Below, one piece after another: positions 48,209 to 57,569 of a stretch of DNA of 64,000 nt. Positions within the stretch are counted from its first letter, which is position 1. Each line of letters begins with the position of its first letter. A model generated the notes under the pieces. It saw nothing but the letters and a program-made list of their open reading frames with translations, was not told where the DNA came from and made no database searches. The stretch comes from an uncultured virus (IMG/VR IMGVR_UViG_3300035520_001855) (Duplodnaviria > Heunggongvirae > Uroviricota > Caudoviricetes), in IMG/VR virus record IMGVR_UViG_3300035520_001855. One strand, 5' to 3'. The position numbers and the translations under genes are program-made.

Positions 48209-49047
48209 AACTCAACACCAACTCTCTCAAGCATTTTCTGTTCATTTCTCACATAAAGCTCATCTATGAAATCTTGGTCAAGATATCTCTTTACCTTTCC
48301 ATCTTTGTCAGGTAATAAATCTGCCCATTCTTCATTCTCCACACAATCAGATACACCAAACAAGTCATACAATAATGCTTTAGGTGTATACTGTAAAAGC
48401 TTGTCAAATATTTCTGGATATTTATTTAAGAACTCTAAATCTGGTCTATGCTTCTCTGAGATATCTGACATCTTATCTGCAAGCTTTTTAATGTCAGTAT
48501 TTGTCATTGCCGAGTAATACTTAACACATGACAGAATTTCGCCATTTTCATAATACATTAATTTAAAATTCACTATAATGCAATAATTCAGGTCATAATA
48601 AAATTGCTCAACTGCTTCTTTATAAACTCTATCAAAATCTACTGGGTCACCATTTGATATTGTATTAAGTATTATTTTGCATGCCTCACACAAGTTTTTA
48701 ATCGAATCTACAAAACAGTCCGTTGAATAATTAACTGGACAATAGTATCCCGAGTAAAGTGAATCGGCTGCAAAGATTAAACTCTCATAATCAATAGCTG
48801 CTATTTCATCCTGATAACAAGCGACTGCTATATCCTCAGGTTCAAGCAGGTCCGGGTCAATACCCAAGCTATCTAAATCAGGTTGAACCTCTCCTGCATG
48901 AGCCTTTAAAATCAGTTCAACTAAATTATATAATTTCATGATACCAGACAGAAATGGGTAAATATCCTGATCTGATAAATCATTATTATTGTTCAACTCC
49001 CTTAACACTAATTCTGGTTGTGTTGAAAATAAATTTGTTGTCTCCAT
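48205..49047 (-). CDS. Acidic hypothetical protein
   Basis: 280-aa ORF with TAATG overlap to the upstream gene. Confidence 0.75.
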   Translation of the reverse strand: METTNLFSTQPELVLRELNNNNDLSDQDIYPFLSGIMKLYNLVELILKAHAGEVQPDLDSLGIDPDLLEPEDIAVACYQDEIAAIDYESLIFAADSLYSGYYCPVNYSTDCFVDSIKNLCEACKIILNTISNGDPVDFDRVYKEAVEQFYYDLNYCIIVNFKLMYYENGEILSCVKYYSAMTNTDIKKLADKMSDISEKHRPDLEFLNKYPEIFDKLLQYTPKALLYDLFGVSDCVENEEWADLLPDKDGKVKRYLDQDFIDELYVRNEQKMLERVGVEL

Positions 49048-49454
49048 TATTTCTTCTCTCCTTCTTCTTTATATCTGTTTAAAAGTACCTCAATATTTTC
49101 TGGCATTTTTATTCTCTTAAATTTCACTTCATCAAACTTTATCTCATTATCTTTTGCTAGCTTAATTACCTTCTTTTGTATACTTATGCGATATAAAATA
49201 AAACTAATTAAAACAACTGTTGAAATTAATGCAGATAAAACTATAGATTTGAGTGATATTAAATAAGGTTCAATAAAAAGCGACAATATTATACAAATCA
49301 CATGTAAACCTATATCTATCTGAAATAATTTTAATAAGTTTTTCGGCTTTATTATAAATAACATTTTTATTGCATATTCAGTATAAGCTACTGGTGTAAG
49401 CAATGAAGCCACCTTTATATTTAATTTACTTAGCCATTCTTTCATGTTAGACAT
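49047..49454 (-). CDS. Membrane protein (two TM segments)
   Basis: Hydrophobic segments IGLHVICIILSLFI and IVLSALISTVVLISFILY; start moved to ATG 49454 after GGTGGTGA. Confidence 0.7.
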   Translation of the reverse strand: MSNMKEWLSKLNIKVASLLTPVAYTEYAIKMLFIIKPKNLLKLFQIDIGLHVICIILSLFIEPYLISLKSIVLSALISTVVLISFILYRISIQKKVIKLAKDNEIKFDEVKFKRIKMPENIEVLLNRYKEEGEKK

Positions 49455-49585
49455 ATAATCACCACCAAGCATACTGTACTAAATATAAAAGATTTTGTCT
49501 CATCTGGGTCTTTCTTTGAAAAAGCAAATTTGAATGAAGTTAAAAACATCAGTAACATAAATGAGATAATCTCAAATATTTTCAT
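49442..49585 (-). CDS. Small 47-aa two-TM membrane protein (not in ORF track)
   Basis: GGAGG RBS; MKIFEIISFMLLMFLTSFKFAFSKKDPDETKSFIFSTVCLVVIICLT; overlaps both neighbours and fills the apparent gap. Confidence 0.65.
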   Translation of the reverse strand: MKIFEIISFMLLMFLTSFKFAFSKKDPDETKSFIFSTVCLVVIICLT

Positions 49586-50144
49586 TATCCTCCACCCTCT
49601 TAAATTGTATTATTGTACCATTCTCATTGTCTATGAGTTCTGCCCAGGAACTGCTTAAAGATTTTCCTAAAAGTTGTTTTGCTAATGTAGAATCACTAGC
49701 TAATATGTTTTTGTAAGCACATATGTCTGTTGGTCCACCGAATTTGTACTTTCCCGACACATAAGTGTACACACCATCATACCAAATTCTTTCCTCTGGA
49801 GTATCTTTAAAATTTACTTCAGCCTCATTCTGTGGTACTGTTAAATTAAAGAAATTTCCTTGTTTTTTGATAATCATTTCAAATGCTGTTCCAAGTTCTA
49901 TCTCCTCGCTGTCGTCATTATCTGTGAAAACAATTTCGGCAGACTTTAGCAAGTATTCAACTCGGTCAAGCTCCTGTTGAAGATTCTCTAAATTTAAGCT
50001 TTCCTGTTCAAAAGCATCATTTTCTGATAAGTCACCATCTGCACTATGCATAATACGTTTAGCTTGTGAGTCTGCAATTGCATCTTTAAGTTCTGACTGT
50101 CGTTGTGTTAATTGTTCAAATACCTCATTAATAATCTCCATCAC
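49572..50144 (-). CDS. GreA/GreB-like transcription elongation factor
   Basis: Coiled-coil with tip motif GDLSEN (both acidic residues retained), IELG, and C-terminal SDSTLAKQLLGK (cf. SP.A.AL.GK). Confidence 0.8.
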   Translation of the reverse strand: MMEIINEVFEQLTQRQSELKDAIADSQAKRIMHSADGDLSENDAFEQESLNLENLQQELDRVEYLLKSAEIVFTDNDDSEEIELGTAFEMIIKKQGNFFNLTVPQNEAEVNFKDTPEERIWYDGVYTYVSGKYKFGGPTDICAYKNILASDSTLAKQLLGKSLSSSWAELIDNENGTIIQFKRVEDNENI

Positions 50145-50860
50145 TTCACCTCATATTCTACAAATTCCATTTTCTTTAAAAACTTTAATGGGTCTACATT
50201 TGTACCACCATTCAAAAGTTTTATCAACATCATTTTCTTATCCTGTCCAATCAATTCTCTTATAGAGTAATTTGACAAGAATAAGGTTGCTTTACCAATT
50301 CTGCTACGCATATTAACTAAATTAACAATTGTTTCATATGCATAAACATATTCTGGTCCTGTTGATATACAAACTATCATAAGGTCAGCATTGACAAAAT
50401 CATTATAATTACAACCATTTATCATATTATGCCATTCTGGTCTTTCAGTTGCTATCAGTAACAACCTACGAACCTGTGCTGTATCTACCAAAGGTGCTAT
50501 AGTAAAACCATTTGCTTTTGCTTGCAACAAACAATTATATGCCCAAGTAGTTTTTCCATACCCAAATGGTGATGCTATCAATGCTGATATTTTAGGCAAT
50601 CTCCCTTCGCATAATCCTTTATAACAAGCATCTAAATTATTCACATATGCATTAAAATCCACGTCATCACAATACTGTTCATGGTCCTTTTTAAGGATTG
50701 TAGAATCCCATGTATTTGTCAAATAATGTTTTGGTATGCCAGACATCTCCGCAGTCTTTGCACTAATATGTATTTTGTCTGTACTTTTTAAATTCAAAAC
50801 TCTACCACACCTAGGACATCCACCAACTTTTCCTACATCTCTACACATTAAACATTCCAC
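50141..50860 (-). CDS. DnaC/IstB-like AAA+ ATPase (helicase loader-like) with N-terminal Zn finger
   Basis: CLMC...CPRC, SGIPKHY, Walker A SPFGYGKTT, R...KATLFLSN. The Walker B region reads DLMIVCI, with no acidic pair. Confidence 0.7.
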   Translation of the reverse strand: MECLMCRDVGKVGGCPRCGRVLNLKSTDKIHISAKTAEMSGIPKHYLTNTWDSTILKKDHEQYCDDVDFNAYVNNLDACYKGLCEGRLPKISALIASPFGYGKTTWAYNCLLQAKANGFTIAPLVDTAQVRRLLLIATERPEWHNMINGCNYNDFVNADLMIVCISTGPEYVYAYETIVNLVNMRSRIGKATLFLSNYSIRELIGQDKKMMLIKLLNGGTNVDPLKFLKKMEFVEYEVK

Positions 50861-51009
50861 TTATTTCACTCCTTTTCTTAACTATTTTCTATTAATATAT
50901 AGATTCAATTCTTTTATAAATCAAAGATAAATTTAATTAAATTCAACTAAAAATAACTAAGAAAAATAGTAAATAAATTCACAAAATTTAATATTATATC
51001 TTAAACGCA

Positions 51010-51039
51010 ATTTGAGAGGTGAATATTCACCTCTCAAAT
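51010..51039. repeat. 30-bp perfect palindrome overlapping the uvsE stop
   Basis: atttgagaggtgaat|attcacctctcaaat. Confidence 0.85.
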
Positions 51040-51909
51040 ATAAAAACTCATATCATTATTCCAATCTAGACTGTTAAGTGTTCTTTCTCTGAAATTAAAG
51101 ATCTCCTCACGAGCGTTCTTTAATTCTACAATGACAATTATCTTGTCAGTATACTGACTAAAGCAATTAAGCATATCTAGCAATTGTTGTGTGTCAATAA
51201 AGTATCCATGTTTACCATTTCTTTCTCCTCTAGAATAATGAACAATTGGAACTGATTTTGATTCTTCCCAAGTACTCACTATTGCTTTAGCATAATTCTC
51301 TAAATTATAATTACCGTTTAAAGAATTATGGAAATTATCATATATCAAAGGTTGATTTGTTCTTTCACAAACCTTTAAACAATCAATTAGGTCTGCAAAT
51401 CTATCACAATTCTCTATGCAAAATGATTCATCCAAACCTCCAATCTGCTCAGTTATTCCCTGGATTATTGCTATACACTCATTTACATTATTGTACTTTA
51501 AGTGATTACAAATATAGAATTTTTTCAAAGCATAACTTTGTTTAAACAGCATACACAGTTTAAAGTAATTTTTTAATTTTCTTAAATCTTTCATTCTAAA
51601 ATAATTAAAAGAAAAGTGAGCATGCATGCTCAATGAACAAGCATGTACGTTAAAAACATCACCTAAATTATTTTGTGTATCCATATATTGTGAGAAATCC
51701 ATATAATCAAATTTAGGTATCTTTGGATTTATCCTAAAATGATTAAACATCTGAAAATCTTTTGAGTATCTTAAACTCTTCAAATATTTACTCATATTTC
51801 GACATCTTGTTTTATATCTTGATATATTCTCAAAACTTTTATCATCGGGTACAATATGTTCATAAGTGTGAAATGGATTTACTACTGTATAACTTAGATT
51901 AACTAACAT
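51034..51909 (-). CDS. uvsE: UV-damage endonuclease (UvsE/UVDE family)
   Basis: FRINPKIP, LSMH, IENCDR, PLIYDNFH, PIVHYS, KHGYFI, VELK. Confidence 0.8.
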   Translation of the reverse strand: MLVNLSYTVVNPFHTYEHIVPDDKSFENISRYKTRCRNMSKYLKSLRYSKDFQMFNHFRINPKIPKFDYMDFSQYMDTQNNLGDVFNVHACSLSMHAHFSFNYFRMKDLRKLKNYFKLCMLFKQSYALKKFYICNHLKYNNVNECIAIIQGITEQIGGLDESFCIENCDRFADLIDCLKVCERTNQPLIYDNFHNSLNGNYNLENYAKAIVSTWEESKSVPIVHYSRGERNGKHGYFIDTQQLLDMLNCFSQYTDKIIVIVELKNAREEIFNFRERTLNSLDWNNDMSFYI

Positions 51910-52039
51910 TGCGTGATCTCAATATTTTCTTTATATCATTATCATCATAGCCATCATTCTTTAAATCATCATACAACATGATTGTGTCTACTTCAAAATC
52001 ACTAATTTTTATGACTTCTCCTTTTTTAGATTTAGCCAT
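51899..52039 (-). CDS. Small 46-aa hypothetical protein (not in ORF track)
   Basis: GGTGGTGA RBS; MAKSKKGEVIKISDFEVDTIMLYDDLKNDGYDDNDIKKILRSRNVS; stop overlaps the uvsE start. Confidence 0.6.
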   Translation of the reverse strand: MAKSKKGEVIKISDFEVDTIMLYDDLKNDGYDDNDIKKILRSRNVS

Positions 52040-52043
52040 AGTA

Positions 52044-52457
52044 TCACCACCCTATTACTAACTCTGAGTTGATTGCTCTATCAACTATCTCCTTACCGTC
52101 CTTACTATAATAATTAATTACATCAATAATCTCTACCACAGCCTGATAACTGTAGATTCCTTTGCTTTCTAAAAGCTCCGTATTTACTCTGTAAGTGTCT
52201 TTTGTTTCGTCTGCTGATCTAATCATGAATGGTGTATGATACTCAACAGTCTTTATTGCAATGATTGAGTCTCCATTTTCGTTATAATCTTCTGTGTACA
52301 CTTTCTTTCCAGGTATTATCTCCCCAGATATTACCTTTATTTTCCTTTCATGTGTCACATATTTTTTTCTTCTTCTTGTCTGTGTGTAATCTATTGTGTA
52401 TGCTAACTTTAATAAATCCGTCATAGACATTAAACGTTCTGTGTTAACAACTTCCAA
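52044..52457 (-). CDS. Hypothetical protein
   Basis: 137-aa ORF, TTG start with AAGGAGGTG RBS. Confidence 0.7.
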   Translation of the reverse strand: MEVVNTERLMSMTDLLKLAYTIDYTQTRRRKKYVTHERKIKVISGEIIPGKKVYTEDYNENGDSIIAIKTVEYHTPFMIRSADETKDTYRVNTELLESKGIYSYQAVVEIIDVINYYSKDGKEIVDRAINSELVIGW

Positions 52458-52471
52458 TTATTTACACCTCC

Positions 52472-53017
52472 TTAGCTTAAATCGTAATAATTCATATCTC
52501 CTTGCTCAGTATCTATATGCTTGATACTCTCTAAATTTCTGCCTTTTAGTTGTGTAATTGCAACCTGCAAAGTTGAACATTTTATAACACCAGTTTCAAG
52601 TTTTACAGGTACTTGTGTGTTTGTGTTACATTCTGGGTTAAATGTCAAACAAATGGTTTTACCCTCTGATTCTGGTTTAAAGATAAAATAATATCTGAAA
52701 CGTTTCTGCATTTGAAATTTATCAAGAACATCAATATCCAGATTCATATCCCTAATTAATCCTAAATTGTATGTATTTGGAACAATCTCTTTAGCCTTTA
52801 TAGCTTCATAACTATTTGCTAAAAGAAATCGAATACTATCATCAAGTTCTTTTAATGAGTAGCAATTTACCAAAAGGTCTGGTCTACTTTCAATTATGTC
52901 CCTAACTAAAATATCCCTACAAGGTGTGTTTACGCTTTCTGGATTTTCGTTTAGAATGATTGCCCTTAGTATGTGGTTTAGATTTGACACCTTTGTTGTT
53001 AATTCTGCTATTAACAT
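52472..53017 (-). CDS. Hypothetical protein
   Basis: 181-aa ORF with GGAGG RBS. Confidence 0.7.
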   Translation of the reverse strand: MLIAELTTKVSNLNHILRAIILNENPESVNTPCRDILVRDIIESRPDLLVNCYSLKELDDSIRFLLANSYEAIKAKEIVPNTYNLGLIRDMNLDIDVLDKFQMQKRFRYYFIFKPESEGKTICLTFNPECNTNTQVPVKLETGVIKCSTLQVAITQLKGRNLESIKHIDTEQGDMNYYDLS

Positions 53018-53660
53018 CTAACATTACCTCCAATTGTTGAATTCTGTATTCAAGAAAGGTATTGAATTTTAATCCCATATCATTATCTTTCTTTATACGC
53101 TTTAACTCCCTAATGTTATGTTTAATTGCTGTATTAGAGCTTACGTCATCATAGATGTCAACAATGTTATATTTATTATCTGTTGTATTAATGTAAATTT
53201 CCGTACATTCACGTATTATCTTTTTACATTCTTCAAAATACTCTAGTGAATCCCCCACTTCAGGTATTGTATACAACATTTGTGTCGCTGCTACAAGGTC
53301 CTTATATTTAGAGTCCCTGAATTCTTGTAAATCTTTTTGGTACTCTTGTACTTTATCCAATGTGGATTTCTGCTGGCTTGTCAACAAAATTAAGTCTGAT
53401 ATTTTTGACTGTAGTTCTTCCCGTTCTTTACTTTCCAGACGCTTTCTTAGCATAGTTTCAAGGAAAGTATACCCCCAAATTAGAACTATTAAAATCAATA
53501 TAAACTGATTAAAGTTTGCAAACTCCTTTATTATGCAACCAGCTAAAATCACTGCCAACATGGAAAAGTCCCGAATCTTTTCCATGTTGCTGGCAACTAG
53601 TGTCCTAGTTAGAAGTACTTCACATAGGACAATTACAACGATCTTATAATAATTTAACAT
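52917..53660 (-). CDS. Membrane protein with coiled coil
   Basis: Three N-terminal hydrophobic segments followed by a coiled coil. Confidence 0.7.
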   Translation of the reverse strand: MLNYYKIVVIVLCEVLLTRTLVASNMEKIRDFSMLAVILAGCIIKEFANFNQFILILIVLIWGYTFLETMLRKRLESKEREELQSKISDLILLTSQQKSTLDKVQEYQKDLQEFRDSKYKDLVAATQMLYTIPEVGDSLEYFEECKKIIRECTEIYINTTDNKYNIVDIYDDVSSNTAIKHNIRELKRIKKDNDMGLKFNTFLEYRIQQLEVMLDVNSRINNKGVKSKPHTKGNHSKRKSRKRKHTL

Positions 53661-54178
53661 TCAAGTATTTCAACCTCACAAGATATTGGTGGCCTATAGT
53701 TTGGATTAGAAGTAATTATACATTTAGTTTCAATATCTTTACTTAAGAAATGATTGATGACGCCATTATGTGTAACCTCATCTGTGATGTTATCTACAAT
53801 GATTAAATATTCACATTCGCTTTCATCGAAATCTATATATTTTCTACTCACATTATAATAAATAGAAATATCTAAATTTTCACAGTCAGGATCACAAAAA
53901 CCAATTGTATCTTCAGAACTATATAAACCAAGAAGATCATCATCAGATTTTTTTCTCAACTGTTGCGACATATAAACATCTATAGGTTTCTTGAGTTTAA
54001 TTGTTGCACCCTCAACATCGATTTCTGAATCATCTTTACCATATGTTATGTGTAAATTAGGTAAATCAAATGTTGAATTCACGTTATCAATATTGAACTG
54101 TTTTTCAAATTCAAAGTCAATGTTTACGATAGGAGATAACTTTAAAACATTACCTAAAACTACTATCGCTAATTTCAT
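53654..54178 (-). CDS. Hypothetical protein
   Basis: GAGGAGG RBS upstream of MKLAIVV. Confidence 0.7.
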   Translation of the reverse strand: MKLAIVVLGNVLKLSPIVNIDFEFEKQFNIDNVNSTFDLPNLHITYGKDDSEIDVEGATIKLKKPIDVYMSQQLRKKSDDDLLGLYSSEDTIGFCDPDCENLDISIYYNVSRKYIDFDESECEYLIIVDNITDEVTHNGVINHFLSKDIETKCIITSNPNYRPPISCEVEILEC

Positions 54179-56069
54179 TAGCATACGCCTCCTCAAATAA
54201 ATCTGTTTCATACGTTTTTATTTTATTTTTTTCTGCATCAATCACTTCAAGTAATTTATGTTCCACTACCTCCTCATCTAGTGTATGATATAATGTAGAA
54301 TATTTCTTATAACTGAAAAACTTATCAGCAATTTTTATAGTATCATCTTCTGCTAAAGCAATGTCATATGGCATACAACAAACTGAACTTTCTAAACAGT
54401 TTTTTGATACAAAAGAATAAACACAAAATCTGTCTATATCTACTATAAGCTTTTCAAAGTTAAATGTTTGACCACATTCAAGGTCTGACTGCTCAGTAAT
54501 TGAATCAACATATATAACTTTACCGTTAAACATCAGATTCAGTTTTTCATCACTAATTGTGCTATTCTTTAAATTCACATAGTATTCTACATCAAATAAA
54601 ATTTTATTTGATGTTATTCTGAAACACACATCAAAATTATCTCCTTCTTCTGTGTTGAACTCTACAAGAATAGTTCCTGAATTTGAAATACCTTTAATAA
54701 AGTAATCCATGTAGCCTGTCAATGGGCTTGTTAATTCCCACCAATAACTTTTATTAAAAACTAAGCATTTATATACGCCATTTAAAAGTGTAAAATAATT
54801 GACTAAATTTTCATCTTTATTGTATTTAAAATATAATAGGATATCTACAAGATTGTCTAATGTTGGTATTGTTATGAATTTTTCTGTAATATCATCAAAC
54901 ACCTTAATACAATTTTTACTGGACTCTTCCATCAACTGTGCATATGATTTTCCAGATTTATATATCTTATAGACTTCTGCTAAATGTCCTAAATACTTTA
55001 CAAGGCTCTTTAAATAACTCTCTAAAGTATTTGTACGTTCTCCTGTTGACATTTCTAGTTTTATTGCTAGTGTTGCCCCATTGCCTACTACATATGTCAT
55101 GTAGTTAACCAGCAAATTTGATGCCTTTTCAGCATAGAAGTAATTGTCAGCTAGAGCAGGAAGAAATCTACTAAAGTTTTTATCTGTTGGTATATATGAT
55201 ACAAACTTTGATTCGTCAACTCTATATTGTGCTAAATCTTTACTTAGATTATACAAATAGGCATCCGGTCTTGTTGTCCATGCTTGTGTTGTCATAATCC
55301 ATGCTAATGCGTCATCGGTATCTTCCTTGTGTGCACGCACACATAACACTTTCTCGATAGTTTTTATAAAATCTTCTGAGCTAGGTGTGCTTTTTATGAA
55401 TGACATATGAAAGATATTGACATCACTATCCACAGGTAAGAACAAGAAATCATTTCTCAATTCAGTTGAGAATACTGGATAAATGTAAATTTGTTCTGTA
55501 CTTATGTTCAGATAATTGTATAACTTCAAATGCACAACGGCATCTTCATATTCAACCTCATCTGCTAAAAAATATGGTGTTATCAGCAACTTACCAAATG
55601 TACTTACTAAATCATGTGCTGATATTGTCTGATATCTTGCTAAATAAACGAATACTGAAAATCCATTAAATTTTAAGTATTCTTCACCATGTCTAGCTAT
55701 TGCATAATGATGACATGATGGATTTAACTCTGGTGTTATGTATGGATTATGAATCTTTTGCTCAAAGACTAAAGCTCTTAAGTCGATTGTATTATACTTT
55801 TTAACAACATCAAATAAGTCATCAAATTTAGTGAAATCTTTAGCAAATAAATAAATCCTATTTTCTAGATCGGTTTTTGATAAACTCGAAATGTTCCCTA
55901 AATCTGTTATATTGATATTTGTATCTTCGGCAAGTGATTTAAGTAATTTCTTTACTTTAAATGCTGCATCATCTTTGTCAATTAAAACATAGTATGAATA
56001 CATAAGACGCAAAAATGTATAAGAAGCAAGTATACCATGTTCCTTAATTTGTCTTTCAAAACTATTCAC
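54150..56069 (-). CDS. Hypothetical protein (639 aa)
   Basis: GTG start with AGGAGGTG RBS; no motif recognised. Confidence 0.8.
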   Translation of the reverse strand: MNSFERQIKEHGILASYTFLRLMYSYYVLIDKDDAAFKVKKLLKSLAEDTNINITDLGNISSLSKTDLENRIYLFAKDFTKFDDLFDVVKKYNTIDLRALVFEQKIHNPYITPELNPSCHHYAIARHGEEYLKFNGFSVFVYLARYQTISAHDLVSTFGKLLITPYFLADEVEYEDAVVHLKLYNYLNISTEQIYIYPVFSTELRNDFLFLPVDSDVNIFHMSFIKSTPSSEDFIKTIEKVLCVRAHKEDTDDALAWIMTTQAWTTRPDAYLYNLSKDLAQYRVDESKFVSYIPTDKNFSRFLPALADNYFYAEKASNLLVNYMTYVVGNGATLAIKLEMSTGERTNTLESYLKSLVKYLGHLAEVYKIYKSGKSYAQLMEESSKNCIKVFDDITEKFITIPTLDNLVDILLYFKYNKDENLVNYFTLLNGVYKCLVFNKSYWWELTSPLTGYMDYFIKGISNSGTILVEFNTEEGDNFDVCFRITSNKILFDVEYYVNLKNSTISDEKLNLMFNGKVIYVDSITEQSDLECGQTFNFEKLIVDIDRFCVYSFVSKNCLESSVCCMPYDIALAEDDTIKIADKFFSYKKYSTLYHTLDEEVVEHKLLEVIDAEKNKIKTYETDLFEEAYANEISDSSFR

Positions 56070-56080
56070 ATTAACACCTC

Positions 56081-56974
56081 CTAGCTTAAGTTAAAGTCAG
56101 ATTCTTTATCAAAAAATTTATATGCATATTGTAACTGCAATTTATCAGTCATCTTGTTAACTACTAATCTCTGTGCAATTATACACTTTAAAGATGATCT
56201 TAACAATTCTTGTATGAATGTTCTCTCACCTAAATCAAAGGTTAAAACAATACGATTAATTGTTGATTCTATGCTTGAGGTGTGTAAGGTAGCTAACACT
56301 AAGTGTCCTGTTTCAGCACAAAGTAACGCTGCTTTTATTGTTTCTGGGTCACGCATTTCACCAACCATTATTATGTCAGGGTCTTGTCTGAGAGCTGCCT
56401 TTATTGCTATTGGAAAAGTCTCAAAGTCTGCACCTAACTCTCTTTGAGTAACAAGAGATGAACCTGATGATTGTATGAAATACTCTATAGGATCTTCTAA
56501 AGTGATTATGTTAGTTTCTTTCTGCCCTAACATGCTCATTATTGAAGCCAGTGTTGTTGACTTTCCGGAGTTTGTTGGTCCAGTAATTAAGACAAGTCCA
56601 TGATTTAAAGTATTTATTTTTTCAAATATTCCTTGTTCAAATCCCAGTTCTTTATAGTTGCCAACCTTATCTTTTAAATGTCTAAAAGTTATCTTTCTAC
56701 CACCATCACACTTAGCAATGTTTACTCTAAATCTACCTATTGGACATTCATATCTGAAATCAGCCATGTTATTATCAATAAAATTACCCATAACTTCAGC
56801 AGAAGGATGCATGTCACTAAATAATGTTTGAACGATTGCATCATCTAAAGGCAGTACATTTAAATTATGCATTCTGCCCTGCAATCTTATTTTAGGAATT
56901 TGATTTGACTGTATGTGTAAATCAGAACCTCCTGATTGTACAAGTTGTGATAAGTAGTCACCTATTTGTAACAC
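56081..56974 (-). CDS. pilT: PilT/PilU-family secretion ATPase, C-terminally short
   Basis: GSDLHI, GRFRVN, GPTNSGKSTTL, TLEDPIEY, QRELG, ALRQDPDIIMVGEMRD, AETGHLVLATLH. Confidence 0.9.
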   Translation of the reverse strand: MLQIGDYLSQLVQSGGSDLHIQSNQIPKIRLQGRMHNLNVLPLDDAIVQTLFSDMHPSAEVMGNFIDNNMADFRYECPIGRFRVNIAKCDGGRKITFRHLKDKVGNYKELGFEQGIFEKINTLNHGLVLITGPTNSGKSTTLASIMSMLGQKETNIITLEDPIEYFIQSSGSSLVTQRELGADFETFPIAIKAALRQDPDIIMVGEMRDPETIKAALLCAETGHLVLATLHTSSIESTINRIVLTFDLGERTFIQELLRSSLKCIIAQRLVVNKMTDKLQLQYAYKFFDKESDFNLS

Positions 56975-57555
56975 TAAATCACCTCCATACCCAATCCTGC
57001 TAGAATGAAAATTCTCTCAAGTTCAAGTTGTTTGTAGCTAGATACATATAATTTATTGTCACATATGATACATAGAATATATAAGTCATTAGATTGCTTA
57101 CCAACTATATACAGATTATTTTTAATAATTATGTAGTAACTTGTTAAATTCTCTATACCATTATGATTTATTTCGTTTCTATTTATATACTTCAAATAAG
57201 CTGTGTCTTTTGTTTTTATATCTTCCAAATCTAATTTATATCTGTCGGAATCAAATCTCAGCCAATACAGTTTATTATCTTCTGTGAGATTCAATAATGA
57301 ATCAACTATTGTAGCAAAAGTTACCAATGTGTTAGAATCAAATTTTGTATCACTAGTTTTTATTGATTCTGACAAATTGTATAAATCATCTTTCGCTAAA
57401 TCAAAAAAATTACAAACTTTGTTAACTTCGTCTTCTGTCACATTGTCAACTTTTGCACGTTCAATGAAATCAACATCAAATCCAATATCAAATAAAAAAT
57501 CGGTCAAGGTTAATGACCGATTTTTTATTTGCTTAATAATAGCTAAATATAACAT
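56974..57555 (-). CDS. Putative XRE/Cro-like HTH protein
   Basis: N-terminal IKQIKNRSLTLTDF...EVNKVCNFFDLAKDDL fits the XRE HTH pattern. Confidence 0.5.
   Translation of the reverse strand: MLYLAIIKQIKNRSLTLTDFLFDIGFDVDFIERAKVDNVTEDEVNKVCNFFDLAKDDLYNLSESIKTSDTKFDSNTLVTFATIVDSLLNLTEDNKLYWLRFDSDRYKLDLEDIKTKDTAYLKYINRNEINHNGIENLTSYYIIIKNNLYIVGKQSNDLYILCIICDNKLYVSSYKQLELERIFILAGLGMEVI
57489..57531. repeat. 18-bp perfect inverted repeat inside the HTH gene
   Basis: caaataaaaaatcggtca-aggttaa-tgaccgattttttatttg. Confidence 0.85.
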
Positions 57556-57569
57556 ATAAGCTCACCATT

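Noticed and set aside
50990..51025. sigmaA promoter upstream of the DnaC-like gene (TATAAT at 50993-50998, minus strand)
   Set aside because: No acceptable -35 at 16-18 bp spacing, and TATAAT is common in such AT-rich DNA.
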